Source of the DNA: Bacteroidaceae bacterium
Lineage (GTDB): Bacteria > Bacteroidota > Bacteroidia > Bacteroidales > Barnesiellaceae_A
Length of the DNA: 63,545 nucleotides
NCBI GenBank assembly: GCA_017935645.1
Contig: JAGBHF010000006.1
Location: 1 to 63,545, forward strand
Direction of reading: 5' to 3'
The number at the start of each line of letters is the position of its first letter. Position 1 is the first letter of the stretch. Shown here one piece after another: positions 19,467 through 30,330 of the stretch. The translations under genes and the position numbers were made by a program. Below the pieces are notes generated by a model. That model was not told the DNA's origin, made no database searches, and saw only the letters and a list, made by a program, of their open reading frames with translations.

Positions 19467-19545
19467 ATATCTATTTTCCACGAGGTTCATATTATTTTAT
19501 TTACTTTGCACAAGTAAATCCTCTGACCCCTAAATACATTGTCGC

Positions 19546-20796
19546 ATGAACCGATATGTTTCTCTTTTCCTATTTTTGCTTGTTTTGCTCTCGGGTGTCA
19601 AGGCTCAGAGTGTAACCGATTATCGTTTATTGTTCGATAAGTGTGGCATGGGCAGTGGTGTGCTCAAGGTTCAGTGCGATTTTACCATAGATTTTGCCGG
19701 ATGTGATTCAGTTGCTCTCGATTTTGGTGGCAATTTTGAGGAGTTATCGGTAGAGGAGTTGACGGTTACGCCCGATACTCTTCGTTATCGTTTTGACCCA
19801 TTATCCAAGCAAATATTCTTCTACAATGCCGGTGCTGATATGCAGCGTGTACAGATGGAGTACCTCTTTATGAACCTCACGTCGGTGTTTATGTACAACA
19901 ACTCGGGGGCTGAAGTGTGGGAGTGTATATATGGCGAGAGTGCCGAGTACTATTACCCTATGCGCCGAGCAATGCCCTATAGTGGCGAGGTGTGCTTTTC
20001 AGTGCCCGATACTATGCGGGTGGTGTATCAAGGGGGATGTGATGCTACTCGGTGGCAATCGTTCGATAGGTGCGTAGCACTTAACTTTGCATTTCTCAGC
20101 AGTTCGCGATATGAGATGCGCACGATGCCGGGCGACTATCATTGCGATGTGTATCAGCTGAAAGGTCAACAGGCCGATGAGCATAGGTATAATGAGTTGT
20201 GCCGACTCACACCCCTTGCATTGCAATGGTTTGAGAAGACGTATGGCGATGTGTATATCAATCCGAAGTATGGAGTGCACGACTATCCGGCCTATATCTT
20301 CCACAGTGGCAATGCCGCATTCAATAGGTACAATATGGGCTTCATATCGGCCTCGCAAAAGAAATTTGCCACATACCCCGACATATACCCTATAGTACAT
20401 GAGATAGGCCACCGTTGGATTGGTGAATATTCGATGTTTATAGATAGTGGTGAGCGTGGATATGCATTTATTATAGAGACCCTCAATGAGTTTATGACAC
20501 TGCAATGTATCCGCGATATAGAAGGCATAGCGGTTTATGAAAACCTTATAAAGGAGTGTCGTGATAGTTGGGATAAAATCAAAGGCACTGAACGCGATGT
20601 TCATCCCGTAGAGGTGGTAAAGAACAACAATGTGCCTGTTACCTACCGCAAGGGTGTTGTGATGCTTGATAGTATAGCACGTGAGGTGGGCTATGATACA
20701 GTGATTGATACCATTGTCCACTTCTATAAAGCGTGTAATGGAAAGCCCGACTTAACGTATGACGACTTTGAAAGGTTGTGCAAATTTATATTTTAG
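19546..20796 (+). CDS. Secreted M1-like (gluzincin) zinc metallopeptidase
   Basis: Signal peptide; HEIGHRW...FIIETLNE; Y-R-KG-VVML motif characteristic of the M1 catalytic domain. Confidence 0.7.
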   Translation: MNRYVSLFLFLLVLLSGVKAQSVTDYRLLFDKCGMGSGVLKVQCDFTIDFAGCDSVALDFGGNFEELSVEELTVTPDTLRYRFDPLSKQIFFYNAGADMQRVQMEYLFMNLTSVFMYNNSGAEVWECIYGESAEYYYPMRRAMPYSGEVCFSVPDTMRVVYQGGCDATRWQSFDRCVALNFAFLSSSRYEMRTMPGDYHCDVYQLKGQQADEHRYNELCRLTPLALQWFEKTYGDVYINPKYGVHDYPAYIFHSGNAAFNRYNMGFISASQKKFATYPDIYPIVHEIGHRWIGEYSMFIDSGERGYAFIIETLNEFMTLQCIRDIEGIAVYENLIKECRDSWDKIKGTERDVHPVEVVKNNNVPVTYRKGVVMLDSIAREVGYDTVIDTIVHFYKACNGKPDLTYDDFERLCKFIF

Positions 20797-20811
20797 ATGC
20801 GAAATAAAAAT

Positions 20812-20838
20812 GGAGGTCGACTCAGCGAGTCGACCTCC
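20812..20838. terminator. Bidirectional terminator between the peptidase and ald
   Basis: GGAGGTCGACTC-AGC-GAGTCGACCTCC perfect 12 bp stem, flanked by an A-run and a T-rich run. Confidence 0.8.
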
Positions 20839-20862
20839 TATCTTTTCGATATAATCGATTTC

Positions 20863-21966
20863 TTACAATGCGGGGTGACACTCCATACCGAATGCTTCGG
20901 CTACACCGGGGAAGGTGACTTTACCGTCAACTACGTTCAAGCCCTTAGCAAGACCGGCATCGGCGCGACAAGCTGCTTCCCAACCCATATCGGCCAACTT
21001 GATGGCGTAGGGGAGAGTGGCATTTGTGAGGGCAAGAGTAGATGTGCAAGGTACAGCACCGGGGATGTTGGCAACACAATAGTGTACTACACCGTCAACC
21101 TCAAAGATTGGCTCGGCGTGAGTTGTGGGGTGTGAAGTCTCGAAGCAACCACCTTGGTCAATAGCAACGTCGACAAGAACGGTGCCGGGACGCATCAACT
21201 TGAGCATGTCGCGGGTAACGAGGTGAGGAGCTTTAGCACCGGGGATGAGTACTGCACCGATAACGAGGTCGGTTGTAGGCAATTCTTGTTCGATATTGTA
21301 GCGAGAAGAGAAGAGTGTCTTAACATTTTTGGGCATAGTCTCGCTGAGGTAGCGCAAGCGGGGGAGTGAAATATCGCACAAAGTAACATCGGCGCCAAAA
21401 CCGGCAGCGATGAGAGCGGCATTGGTACCTACGATACCACCACCCAATACCAATACTTTGGCAGGCTTAACACCCGGCACACCACCGAGCAGCACACCAC
21501 GTCCGCCTTGGGGTTTCTCCAAGAAACGAGCACCTTCTTGAGCGGCCATACGTCCGGCTACTTCGCTCATAGGAATGAGCAGGGGCAGACCACCGTTGCG
21601 GTCAACAACAGTTTCGTATGCCAAGCAGGTTGCTCCGCTCTCCAACATCGCCTCGGTAAGTTCTCTGTCGCAAGCGAAGTGGAAGTAAGTAAAGAGAAGT
21701 TGACCTTTGCGAACGAGCTTGTACTCCTGTTTGATAGGCTCTTTTACCTTGATAATCATCTCGGCAATTGCATATACATCCTCGATTGTAGGTAGGATGG
21801 TAGCACCGGCTGCAGTGTAGGCTTCATCGGGGAAACCACTGTTTTCGCCTGCAGTGTGTTGTACATATACAGTGTGACCGTGTGCAATAAGTTCTTGAGC
21901 ACCGGCGGGGGTTAAAGAAACACGATTTTCGTTGTTCTTAATTTCTTTGGGAATACCAATAATCAT
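20863..21966 (-). CDS. ald: Alanine dehydrogenase
   Basis: MIIGIPKEIKNNENRV, KVKEP, PMSEVAGR, GGGIVG, DVAIDQGGC and VANIPGAV motifs; start at 21966. Confidence 0.97.
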   Translation of the reverse strand: MIIGIPKEIKNNENRVSLTPAGAQELIAHGHTVYVQHTAGENSGFPDEAYTAAGATILPTIEDVYAIAEMIIKVKEPIKQEYKLVRKGQLLFTYFHFACDRELTEAMLESGATCLAYETVVDRNGGLPLLIPMSEVAGRMAAQEGARFLEKPQGGRGVLLGGVPGVKPAKVLVLGGGIVGTNAALIAAGFGADVTLCDISLPRLRYLSETMPKNVKTLFSSRYNIEQELPTTDLVIGAVLIPGAKAPHLVTRDMLKLMRPGTVLVDVAIDQGGCFETSHPTTHAEPIFEVDGVVHYCVANIPGAVPCTSTLALTNATLPYAIKLADMGWEAACRADAGLAKGLNVVDGKVTFPGVAEAFGMECHPAL

Positions 21967-22134
21967 AGTTGTGTTAGAATTAGGGTTTTTATGCTGGGGC
22001 CAAAGATATGAAAATAAAATTGAGAAATAAAAATCGAAAAAAGATTTTTTTATCATATAATGCAAAAAAATATTACAAAAGGATTGTGATATATTACAAT
22101 GTGTGTACCTTTGTGTGCTTTAAGTAATGTAGGT

Positions 22135-22623
22135 ATGAATATACGACACGCACAATTGCAAGAGTTAGATGCTATCATGGCGATTTTTGAGGCGGCCAAG
22201 GCTTATATGTATAGCGTGGGCAATACATCGCAATGGGGCGATGACTATCCGCCACGGCAACTTATTGCCGACGAAATATTGTCGGGGCATTTCTATGTCA
22301 TGGAGCATGACGGCGAGCCGGCAGCGGTTTTCTCTTTCGATGTAGCCATCGAACCTACTTATGCAGTTATTGAAGATGGCGCGTGGCGCTATGATGAGCC
22401 GTATGGGGTAGTCCATCGCTTGGCATCGAATGGTCGTGTGAAGGGTGTTGCCGATTGCTGTTTTGCGTGGTGCAAAGGTCGATATCACTATCTTCGTGTT
22501 GATACGCATAGCGACAATGCAACGATGTTGCATGCAATAGAACGACAAGGCTTTGTGCGTAGTGGAATTATTACCCTCTCGCGCAATGGTGACAAACGCA
22601 TTGCCTACGAGTGGCATATATAA
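22135..22623 (+). CDS. GNAT family N-acetyltransferase
   Basis: QW-x-x-x-YP, EPTY, VVHRLAS, RVDTH-x-DN-x-x-M and GF-x-x-x-G motifs. Confidence 0.85.
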   Translation: MNIRHAQLQELDAIMAIFEAAKAYMYSVGNTSQWGDDYPPRQLIADEILSGHFYVMEHDGEPAAVFSFDVAIEPTYAVIEDGAWRYDEPYGVVHRLASNGRVKGVADCCFAWCKGRYHYLRVDTHSDNATMLHAIERQGFVRSGIITLSRNGDKRIAYEWHI

Positions 22624-22638
22624 ATTGTAAAAATAGAT

Positions 22639-23481
22639 ATGAAAGAAATAGTTATTACTCCTTATGGCGGGTTGGCAAACAGAATGAGGACTCTTAATGC
22701 CGCAATAGAGTTTGCCAAGGCCGAGGGTGTTCGATTGCAGGCTGTGTGGTTTTGCAACCGCGAGTTGAATGCGCCCTACGATGCCCTATTTACCCCCCCG
22801 ATTTGTACTGAAAACCAGGTGGTTACAATAAGAAAGGGTGGCTTTTTTGACCGTTTTGTGTATCGTTCGCCACGTAGGCACACATTGTGGTTGCCATATA
22901 TTATAGCCCCGCGACTATTCGATACACGTATATATTCGCAAGAGTTTAAGAGGTTGCGTGAGCAAGGAGAGCTTGAGAGCGTTATAAAAAGTGGTAATCG
23001 GGTGCTTATAGAGAGTTGCTATGAATTTGGCGATTATTATGCGTCGTTGTCAAAGAACTTTGTTCCCGTACCCGATATTCTCAATGCAGTGAATGAGTAT
23101 GTTGCTAAGAATTTTACTCGCAATACGGTAGGCATTCATATTAGACGTACCGATAATTGGTTGTCTATTCAGAAATCGCCTTTGTCACTCTTTATCGAAG
23201 CTATGCAGAGAGAGATTGAGGCCTGTGCCGACACCAACTTCTATGTGGCTACCGACGATGTAGCTACGAAAGAGGAGTTGAGAAGATGTTTTGGCAATCG
23301 CATATTGACATTGGATACCGATTGTAGTCGCAACAGCATATCGGGCATGAAAGATGCTGTGAAAGAGATGTGGATATTGTCGCGTACCACACGCATATAT
23401 GGAAGTTTCTACAGTTCTTATTCGGTAATAGCATCGCACCTGACCAATATCCCGTTACAGATATTGCAAACCGACGATTAG
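22639..23481 (+). CDS. GDP-fucose-type glycosyltransferase (GT11/NodZ/O-FucT-like)
   Basis: GGLANRM, VGIHIRRTD, FYVATDD and GS-x-x-SSYS motifs. Confidence 0.75.
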   Translation: MKEIVITPYGGLANRMRTLNAAIEFAKAEGVRLQAVWFCNRELNAPYDALFTPPICTENQVVTIRKGGFFDRFVYRSPRRHTLWLPYIIAPRLFDTRIYSQEFKRLREQGELESVIKSGNRVLIESCYEFGDYYASLSKNFVPVPDILNAVNEYVAKNFTRNTVGIHIRRTDNWLSIQKSPLSLFIEAMQREIEACADTNFYVATDDVATKEELRRCFGNRILTLDTDCSRNSISGMKDAVKEMWILSRTTRIYGSFYSSYSVIASHLTNIPLQILQTDD

Positions 23482-23602
23482 TCGGTCGTAGGGCATAAAA
23501 GTGTTCCGGCAATATACAGGCTTAGTGTATAATACCGCTTGGAAAGTTGTGAATGTATGAGAAAAAAACTACATTTGCACATAATTGATATGACCTTGTG
23601 GT

Positions 23603-24637
23603 ATGACAGAAGATAGTTTCGATATACGCAGTAGTCGTTATGGCGACAATGAGCGCGAGTTTGAAAAGGCTCTGCGCCCTTTGTCGTTTGATGACTTCAG
23701 CGGACAAGATAAGATTATAGAGAATCTGCGAGTCTTTACGATGGCTGCCCGCCTGCGTGAAGAGCCGCTCGATCATGTGCTGTTGCATGGCCCTCCCGGA
23801 CTGGGTAAGACAACCTTGGCCAATATTATAGCCAATGAGTTGGGGGTGGGATTTAAGGTGACATCGGGTCCGGTACTCGATAAACCCGGCGACTTGGCGG
23901 GCTTGCTCACATCGCTTGAACCCAACGATGTGCTCTTTATCGACGAGATACACCGTCTCAGCCCCGTTGTTGAGGAGTATCTCTACTCGGCCATGGAGGA
24001 CTATCGCATAGATATTATGATAGATAAGGGTCCCGGAGCTCGTTCTATTCAGCTTACCCTCAACCCCTTTACGCTGGTAGGTGCGACAACTCGTAGTGGC
24101 TTGCTTACAAGCCCTTTGCGTGCTCGTTTCGGTATCAACTGCCACATGGAATACTACGACCACAATGTGTTGTGCAAGATAGTAGAGCGTTCGGCACGAC
24201 TATTGCAAGTACCCTGCACACGCGAAGCTGCTGTTGAGGTAGCTATGCGTAGTCGTGGTACACCTCGTATCTGTAATGCTCTGTTGCGTCGAGTGCGCGA
24301 CTTTGCACAGGTTAAGGGTACAGGTCGTATAGATATAGAGATAGCCCGATATGCATTGGAGGCACTCAATATCGACAAGTATGGCCTTGACGAGATTGAT
24401 AATAAGATACTGACCACCATCATAGATAAGTTTAAAGGCGGCCCGGTGGGCTTGACAACCATTGCTACGGCATTGGGCGAGGACCCCGGAACGCTTGAGG
24501 AGGTGTATGAGCCATTCCTTATCAAAGAGGGTTTTATCAAGCGTACACCTCGGGGACGTGAAGTGACCGACTTGGCATATAACCACTTGGGTCGCACGCG
24601 TGCCGGATGGGGTGGCTTGTTTGGCGATGAAGTATGA
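23603..24637 (+). CDS. ruvB: Holliday junction DNA helicase RuvB
   Basis: [34 protein letters not shown] and RTPRGR motifs. Confidence 0.99.
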   Translation: MTEDSFDIRSSRYGDNEREFEKALRPLSFDDFSGQDKIIENLRVFTMAARLREEPLDHVLLHGPPGLGKTTLANIIANELGVGFKVTSGPVLDKPGDLAGLLTSLEPNDVLFIDEIHRLSPVVEEYLYSAMEDYRIDIMIDKGPGARSIQLTLNPFTLVGATTRSGLLTSPLRARFGINCHMEYYDHNVLCKIVERSARLLQVPCTREAAVEVAMRSRGTPRICNALLRRVRDFAQVKGTGRIDIEIARYALEALNIDKYGLDEIDNKILTTIIDKFKGGPVGLTTIATALGEDPGTLEEVYEPFLIKEGFIKRTPRGREVTDLAYNHLGRTRAGWGGLFGDEV

Positions 24638-26112
24638 GTAACGGACTGAAAGGATTGGCAAAAGATACCATTGTGTATGGGCTCAGCAGCATAGTAGGGC
24701 GTTTCCTTAACTGGCTGTTGGTTCCTATGTATGTGCGTGTACTTGCTACACCGGGCGAGTATGGTATCGTGACAAACCTCTATGGCTGGACAGCCTTGTT
24801 GCTGGCTGTACTGACATTTGGAATGGAGACTACCTATTTCCGATTCTCAACCCGTCGTGATGAGTCGGAGCCTATGCGTGTATATGCCAACTCGCTGTTG
24901 AGTGTGGGTATTCTCTCGTCGCTCTTTGCTCTGATGGGTTTTGTATTTCTGCACCCTATCAGCGACTTCTTGGGTTATGCCTCTCATCCCGAGTATGTGG
25001 GTATGCTCATCTTTATTGTTGCGATAGATGCCATAAGCAGTATACCCTTTGCTCGGTTGCGATGTGAGGAAAAAGCCCTGAAATTTGCCGGTATTAAGTT
25101 GGCCAATATCGGGCTGAACATCCTGCTCAATATCTTCTTCTTGATAGTGTGTCCTATAATATACCGTCATGCGCCACATGCTATAGAATGGTTCTATGTG
25201 CCCGATTATGGAGTTGGATATATATTGGTGTCGAATGTTATCACCTCGATAGCCAATGTACTGATGCTCAACAAGGAGTTTCGAGGCTTCCGTTATCGCA
25301 TAGATATGCCCCGTATGCGCCGGATGTTGCCCTATGCCATACCTATATTGGGTATAAGTATAGCCGGTATTCTCAATCAGTCGGTCGATAAGATACTCTT
25401 TCCATTCCTCTTTACCGATAAAGCCGAGGCGACGATGCAATTGGGTATATACGGTGCTTGTTTTAAGATAGCCGTGGTAATGGTCATGTTTATACAGGCC
25501 TATCGCTATGCGATAGAGCCCTTTATCTTCAAGCGGAACAAAGAGGCCGATGATAAAAGTACCAATGCGGTTACAACGCTATATTTTACCATCTTCTCGT
25601 TGCTGATATACTTGGGCGTTTCGTTCTATCTGGATGATGTTTTCAAGTATCTTGTTTCGCCGGCATACTATGAAGGCTTGCACGTTGTTCCTATTGTCAT
25701 GGCGGGTGAGTTCCTGTTTGGCTTGTATTTCAATCTCTCTTTCTGGTTTAAACTCAACGACCAAACCTATTGGGGCACACTCTTTACCGTTATAGGATGT
25801 GTCATTACTATCGCTATTATAGTGCTGTTTGTGCCTATATATGGCTATGTGGCATGTGCTTGGGCGACAGTGGCATGTAATGGTGTGATGCTTGTGCTCA
25901 GTTATACAATAAGTCGCAAGCGTTATCCGGTTGCTTACCCGTTGCGCAAGATGGGCGGATATATTGTGTTGACTGCCGTAATTTTTGCCTTGGGTATGTT
26001 CCTACCCATCGAGCAGACCTTGTGGCGTATAGCATGGCGTACACTGCTGTTGTGTGTATATATAGGAGTAGCAGTCAAGACCGAGGGCTTTTTGCGAGTA
26101 TTGAAACGATAA
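24634..26112 (+). CDS. Oligosaccharide flippase / polysaccharide biosynthesis protein (Wzx/MOP family)
   Basis: About 14 hydrophobic segments; [23 protein letters not shown]-x-YFRF and GIYGA motifs; overlaps the ruvB stop. Confidence 0.85.
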   Translation: MSNGLKGLAKDTIVYGLSSIVGRFLNWLLVPMYVRVLATPGEYGIVTNLYGWTALLLAVLTFGMETTYFRFSTRRDESEPMRVYANSLLSVGILSSLFALMGFVFLHPISDFLGYASHPEYVGMLIFIVAIDAISSIPFARLRCEEKALKFAGIKLANIGLNILLNIFFLIVCPIIYRHAPHAIEWFYVPDYGVGYILVSNVITSIANVLMLNKEFRGFRYRIDMPRMRRMLPYAIPILGISIAGILNQSVDKILFPFLFTDKAEATMQLGIYGACFKIAVVMVMFIQAYRYAIEPFIFKRNKEADDKSTNAVTTLYFTIFSLLIYLGVSFYLDDVFKYLVSPAYYEGLHVVPIVMAGEFLFGLYFNLSFWFKLNDQTYWGTLFTVIGCVITIAIIVLFVPIYGYVACAWATVACNGVMLVLSYTISRKRYPVAYPLRKMGGYIVLTAVIFALGMFLPIEQTLWRIAWRTLLLCVYIGVAVKTEGFLRVLKR

Positions 26113-26189
26113 TGTGAAATTTTAGGGCGTATTTGTGCAAAAAAATGTACCTTTGCGCCTTCAAAAAACATAAAAACGAAAAACTGAAA

Positions 26190-27200
26190 ATGAAAGTAGC
26201 TATTGTAGGCGCCAGTGGTGCTGTAGGACAAGAATTTTTGAGAGTGCTCGATGAGCGTAATTTTCCTATCGATGAGTTGCTGTTGTTTGGTTCTTCGAGA
26301 AGTGCCGGAACGACATACACCTTCAGAGGCAAGGAGATAACCGTTCGTGAGTTGAAACATAACGATGACTTTAAGGGTGTTGATATTGCCTTTACATCGG
26401 CCGGTGGTGATACATCGAGAGAGTATGCCGAGACCATAACCCGTCATGGTGCGGTAATGATTGATAATTCAAGTGCCTTCCGCATGGATGATGATGTACC
26501 CTTGGTTGTACCCGAGGTAAATGGTGATGATGCTTTGGTGCGTCCTCGTGGTATTATTGCCAATCCCAACTGTACTACTATTCAGATGGTGGTTGCCTTG
26601 AAGGCTATCGAGAACTTGTCGCACATTACCCGCGTACATGTAGCTACCTATCAGGCAGCCAGTGGTGCAGGTGCTTCGGCTATGGCCGAGTTGCAACATC
26701 AATTTGAGCAACTTATTGCCGGCGAAAAGCCTACCGTTGAGAAGTTCTACTATCAATTGGCTTACAACCTCATCCCTCAAGTCGATGTCTTTACCGACAA
26801 CCTCTACACCAAGGAGGAGATGAAAATGTATCACGAGACCCGCAAAATCATGCACTCGGATGTGAAAGTGAGTGCCATGTGTGTGCGTGTTCCGGTGTTG
26901 CGTGCGCATAGCGAGGCTGTGTGGGTAGAGACTGAACGTCCCATCAGTGTCGAAGAGGCTCGTGCCGCGTTTGCCGCTGCCGAAGGTGTTGTATTGCAGG
27001 ATAATCCCGAAGAGAAGTCATACCCCATGCCTCTCGATAAGGCTAATGAAGACCCTGTATATGTAGGTCGTATTCGTGAGGATATAACTAATCCTAATGG
27101 TTTGACTTTCTGGTTGGTAAGCGACCAAATCAAGAAAGGTGCGGCCCTCAATGCAGTACAAATAGCCGAGTACCTCATTAAGAAAGGTGATATAAAGTAA
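26190..27200 (+). CDS. asd: Aspartate-semialdehyde dehydrogenase
   Basis: [35 protein letters not shown] and KKGAALNA motifs; TACCTTTG at 26148-26155. Confidence 0.98.
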   Translation: MKVAIVGASGAVGQEFLRVLDERNFPIDELLLFGSSRSAGTTYTFRGKEITVRELKHNDDFKGVDIAFTSAGGDTSREYAETITRHGAVMIDNSSAFRMDDDVPLVVPEVNGDDALVRPRGIIANPNCTTIQMVVALKAIENLSHITRVHVATYQAASGAGASAMAELQHQFEQLIAGEKPTVEKFYYQLAYNLIPQVDVFTDNLYTKEEMKMYHETRKIMHSDVKVSAMCVRVPVLRAHSEAVWVETERPISVEEARAAFAAAEGVVLQDNPEEKSYPMPLDKANEDPVYVGRIREDITNPNGLTFWLVSDQIKKGAALNAVQIAEYLIKKGDIK

Positions 27201-27223
27201 ACGACGTAAATATGTAATAGCAC

Positions 27224-27258
27224 CGAGGGCGACCCAATTGATGTTAGGGTCGCCCTCG
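27224..27258. terminator. Hairpin between convergent asd and the 5'-nucleotidase gene
   Basis: CGAGGGCGACCC...GGGTCGCCCTCG 12 bp stem. Confidence 0.75.
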
Positions 27259-27299
27259 TGTGTTGTTATACCGCCGGTAGTCGGGGTTGTTGCTATGCG

Positions 27300-28931
27300 T
27301 TATTCGTATATTATGCGACCTTGCGGCTCGCTATATTCGGTGCCAATGGTTTTGCCCAAATCTGATTCGAGGTAATGGCGTAGAATCTCAATATCGGCTC
27401 CATAGTAGATGTAGTCGGGAACAACACAGCTGAGTATGCCCGAGCCGCCTTGTTCGAGAATAAGGTAGTCCTATGTCGCAACAGTGTATTGTTGAGAGAG
27501 CTCTACGGCTTTATATTCGCCGCTGTGCTTGTCGAGTATATCTACCTGCGATATACGGCGAACGCCTTCGCCTACGGGTGCAAACATTCCTGTCTCGGCA
27601 TCCTTCACAGCGGGAGTCGGGATGTTGGGGTTAACCTTGAAGCGCAAACCGCTTACCTGCATAAATACGCCGGCTTCGGCGGGTAAGGCCGATACTGCAT
27701 ACTCCAATACATCGAGCAACTGCTCTCCGGTGAGTGTGCCGGTAGCAATCATGTCGCCAAAGGGCATTACATTGTATAAGTCGTTAAACAAAATCTCGCC
27801 TCGGCGGATGTTGGTGCGGATACCTCCTCCGTTGACCATGGCTATGTCGGCATTGGTAAACGTGCGTAGAGCATCGGCACAAAAATCGCCAAGGTTACAC
27901 TCCTGTGTACGGACTATGCGGTTTCCGTCGGCATCGTATATTGTCAGGTCGACCTCACTGTGACCAATGACGAAGTTGCCCTTGTTGCTAACTTCCTCCT
28001 TGATTTGCTCGACATATTGTTGGGTGTCGTTGTCGGGAGCTATCTCGCCGTTTGCAATATTGATAAGCGATGATTGTATTGAGCCGTCGGTATTGATTGT
28101 GAGCTTGCCTACATTTTGAAAGATAGAACCCGACGAGGTAAGCAGCACGGGCTTGCCCTCCTTGTTGTTGACAAGTTGTCCTTCGATGACATGGTGATCG
28201 TGACCATCTATTACGGCATCGATACCTGTGGTATTACCGATTAACTCTATAGAGCAGGGGTGGCCACCGCTTTTGGGGCTGTCGCCCAAATGCGAGAGTG
28301 CTATGACGTAGTCGGCTCCATCTTTGCGGGCTTTATCGATAAAGTATTGGGCGTTTTCGTAAAACTCCTCGCGCATAAAGCTGTATAGCGGATTGCCTTG
28401 CTCGTCACTCAAACTTGTTACCGTACCACTCGTTGTGGTGGTAAAGCCGATGTATGCCACATCTGTTTTGCCATAGTGTACTATATGATAGGCAGGATAG
28501 GGATAGGTGTTGGTTTGCACGTTCTTGAGGTTGGCACATACCGTAGGTGCATCCAATGCGTCGGTGAGGTGAAACATCTGTTCCATTCCGTAATCAAGTT
28601 CGTGATTACCCAGGGCTACCACATCGTAGCCCACGTAATTCATTATTTCAATAATCTGCTCACCCTTCGATATGGCTCCCAACAGACCACCACTTGCAAA
28701 GTCGCCACATGAGACGGTCGAGACATAATTGCTGTGAGACAATTGGTCGTTGCGAAGCGATACCAGCATAGGATAGCCATCGACTGCGCAATGAACATCG
28801 TTGTCAAATAATACTACTATCGGCTGTGTAGGCAAGTCGGGTTGTCGATTCTTGATGTTATCGTCGCAACATGCGCCTAATAGTATGCTACAGGCCACTA
28901 ATGCTATTATTCCAATACTTTTTATCTTCAT
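27300..28931 (-). pseudogene. Bifunctional metallophosphoesterase/5'-nucleotidase lipoprotein with an in-frame TAG at 27471-27473
   Basis: Lipobox LGAC; NDVH, GD, GNHE, HLG, GHDH and NGGGIR motifs. The frame continues 56 codons past the TAG (YTVAT*DYL...YSEPQGRIIYE) to a TAA at 27300. Confidence 0.7.
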
Positions 28932-29059
28932 AAGCTCGTAATTTTATGCAAATATACTATAAGAAAGGATATTGAATGTGTGTTAGGGTAAAGAATCTAA
29001 CTTGTTGGCTACTTAAAAATTGTTTAAAGTGGGTGTTACCCTACCTTCGTACCGGGTCG

Positions 29060-29091
29060 AAAAAAGGGCGACTCCTTGCTGAAAGTCGCCC
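29060..29091 (-). terminator. Intrinsic terminator of ansA
   Basis: GGGCGACT/AGTCGCCC stem with a U-run on the minus strand. Confidence 0.7.
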
Positions 29092-29115
29092 ACGGTGTAT
29101 GTAAGAGGTATAATA

Positions 29116-30165
29116 TTAGTTCTGACGGGGGAGTGTTACTTCGCCTACATACGAGTGGCGCATGGCTTCTATAACCTCTTGTTGTGTCATGCCTTGTCCG
29201 AAGAGGAACATCAACTTGGCCAATGCCGACTCAGTAGTGCTGTCGTAGCCACTTATCACACCTATATCGCGCAAAGTATTACCTGCACGGTACAACTCCA
29301 TTTGTACGCTACCGGTGCTGCATTGTGTAACATTGACAATAACTATGCCGCGTTGAACAGCATTGCGCAACTCGTCGAGGAACCAATCGTATCGAGGTGC
29401 ATTGCCTGAGCCGAATGATTCGAGCACGACACCTTTAACACCGGGTATATTGAGTGCTTGGTGTACCACGTGGCGGTTGATGCCGGGGAAGAGCTTGAGT
29501 ATCACTACATTGTTGTCCATCTCGTAGTGGGGTATGAGGGGCTTTTGTTCGTTGGGGTAGTGTATCTCTACATCGTCGTAGTTGATATTGATACCTACAT
29601 GAGCCAACAAAGGATAGTTGGGCGAAACAAAAGCATTGAAGAATTGCGCACTCACCTTGCATGTACGGTTGCCTCGCATGAGGGTATTGTCGAAGAAAAT
29701 ACATACCTCGGGAACGCGGGGATTGCCCTTTTCGTCGCGGTCGGCTGCAATTTCAATGGCTGTGATGAGGTTCTCTTTACCATCGGTGCGCAACATACCT
29801 ATAGGAAGTTGTGAGCCTGTGAAGATAACAGGCTTGCCCAAGTTCTCAAGCATGAAACTTACAGCAGATGCTGTGTAGGCCATGGTGTCGGTACCATGAA
29901 GGACAACAAAACCATCGTACTTATCGTAGTTCTCGGCGATAACACGAACAATTTTGACCCATTGTGAAGGCTCGGTCTCCGACGAGTCGATAATGGGATC
30001 GAACTGTATGGTAGATACAGAGTAGCCTAAGCGTCCCAATTCGGGGACATTTTCGAGTAAGTGACTGAAATCGAAAGGTTCGAGAGCTCCGGTCTCGGGG
30101 TTTTGAGTCATACCGATAGTACCACCGGTATAAATAATGAGTACTGATGTAGATGGTGTTGTCAT
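29116..30165 (-). CDS. ansA: Type I (cytoplasmic) L-asparaginase
   Basis: YTGGTIGM, DSS, HGTDTM, TGSQLP and FGSGN motifs; no signal peptide. Confidence 0.95.
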   Translation of the reverse strand: MTTPSTSVLIIYTGGTIGMTQNPETGALEPFDFSHLLENVPELGRLGYSVSTIQFDPIIDSSETEPSQWVKIVRVIAENYDKYDGFVVLHGTDTMAYTASAVSFMLENLGKPVIFTGSQLPIGMLRTDGKENLITAIEIAADRDEKGNPRVPEVCIFFDNTLMRGNRTCKVSAQFFNAFVSPNYPLLAHVGININYDDVEIHYPNEQKPLIPHYEMDNNVVILKLFPGINRHVVHQALNIPGVKGVVLESFGSGNAPRYDWFLDELRNAVQRGIVIVNVTQCSTGSVQMELYRAGNTLRDIGVISGYDSTTESALAKLMFLFGQGMTQQEVIEAMRHSYVGEVTLPRQN

Positions 30166-30330
30166 AGCACTTAGATTCTTCTTGTTGACTGCAAATTTAG
30201 TAAATGCTTTTTAAGGAAACAATGACTTTTGTCAAAAAAATATCAATAATTTTAGTGCGTACAAGATTGCTTTATAGCAATTTGCTATAAATGTATTGGA
30301 TATTTGCCTTTTGTGATATGTCTTTGGTGG

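Noticed and set aside
19348-20838. Integrative element at tRNA-Pro
   Set aside because: No integrase, and I saw no duplicated tRNA 3' end (att site).
20797-21135. ORF in frame right after the peptidase TAG (possible read-through extension)
   Set aside because: It crosses a strong terminator and runs antisense to ald.
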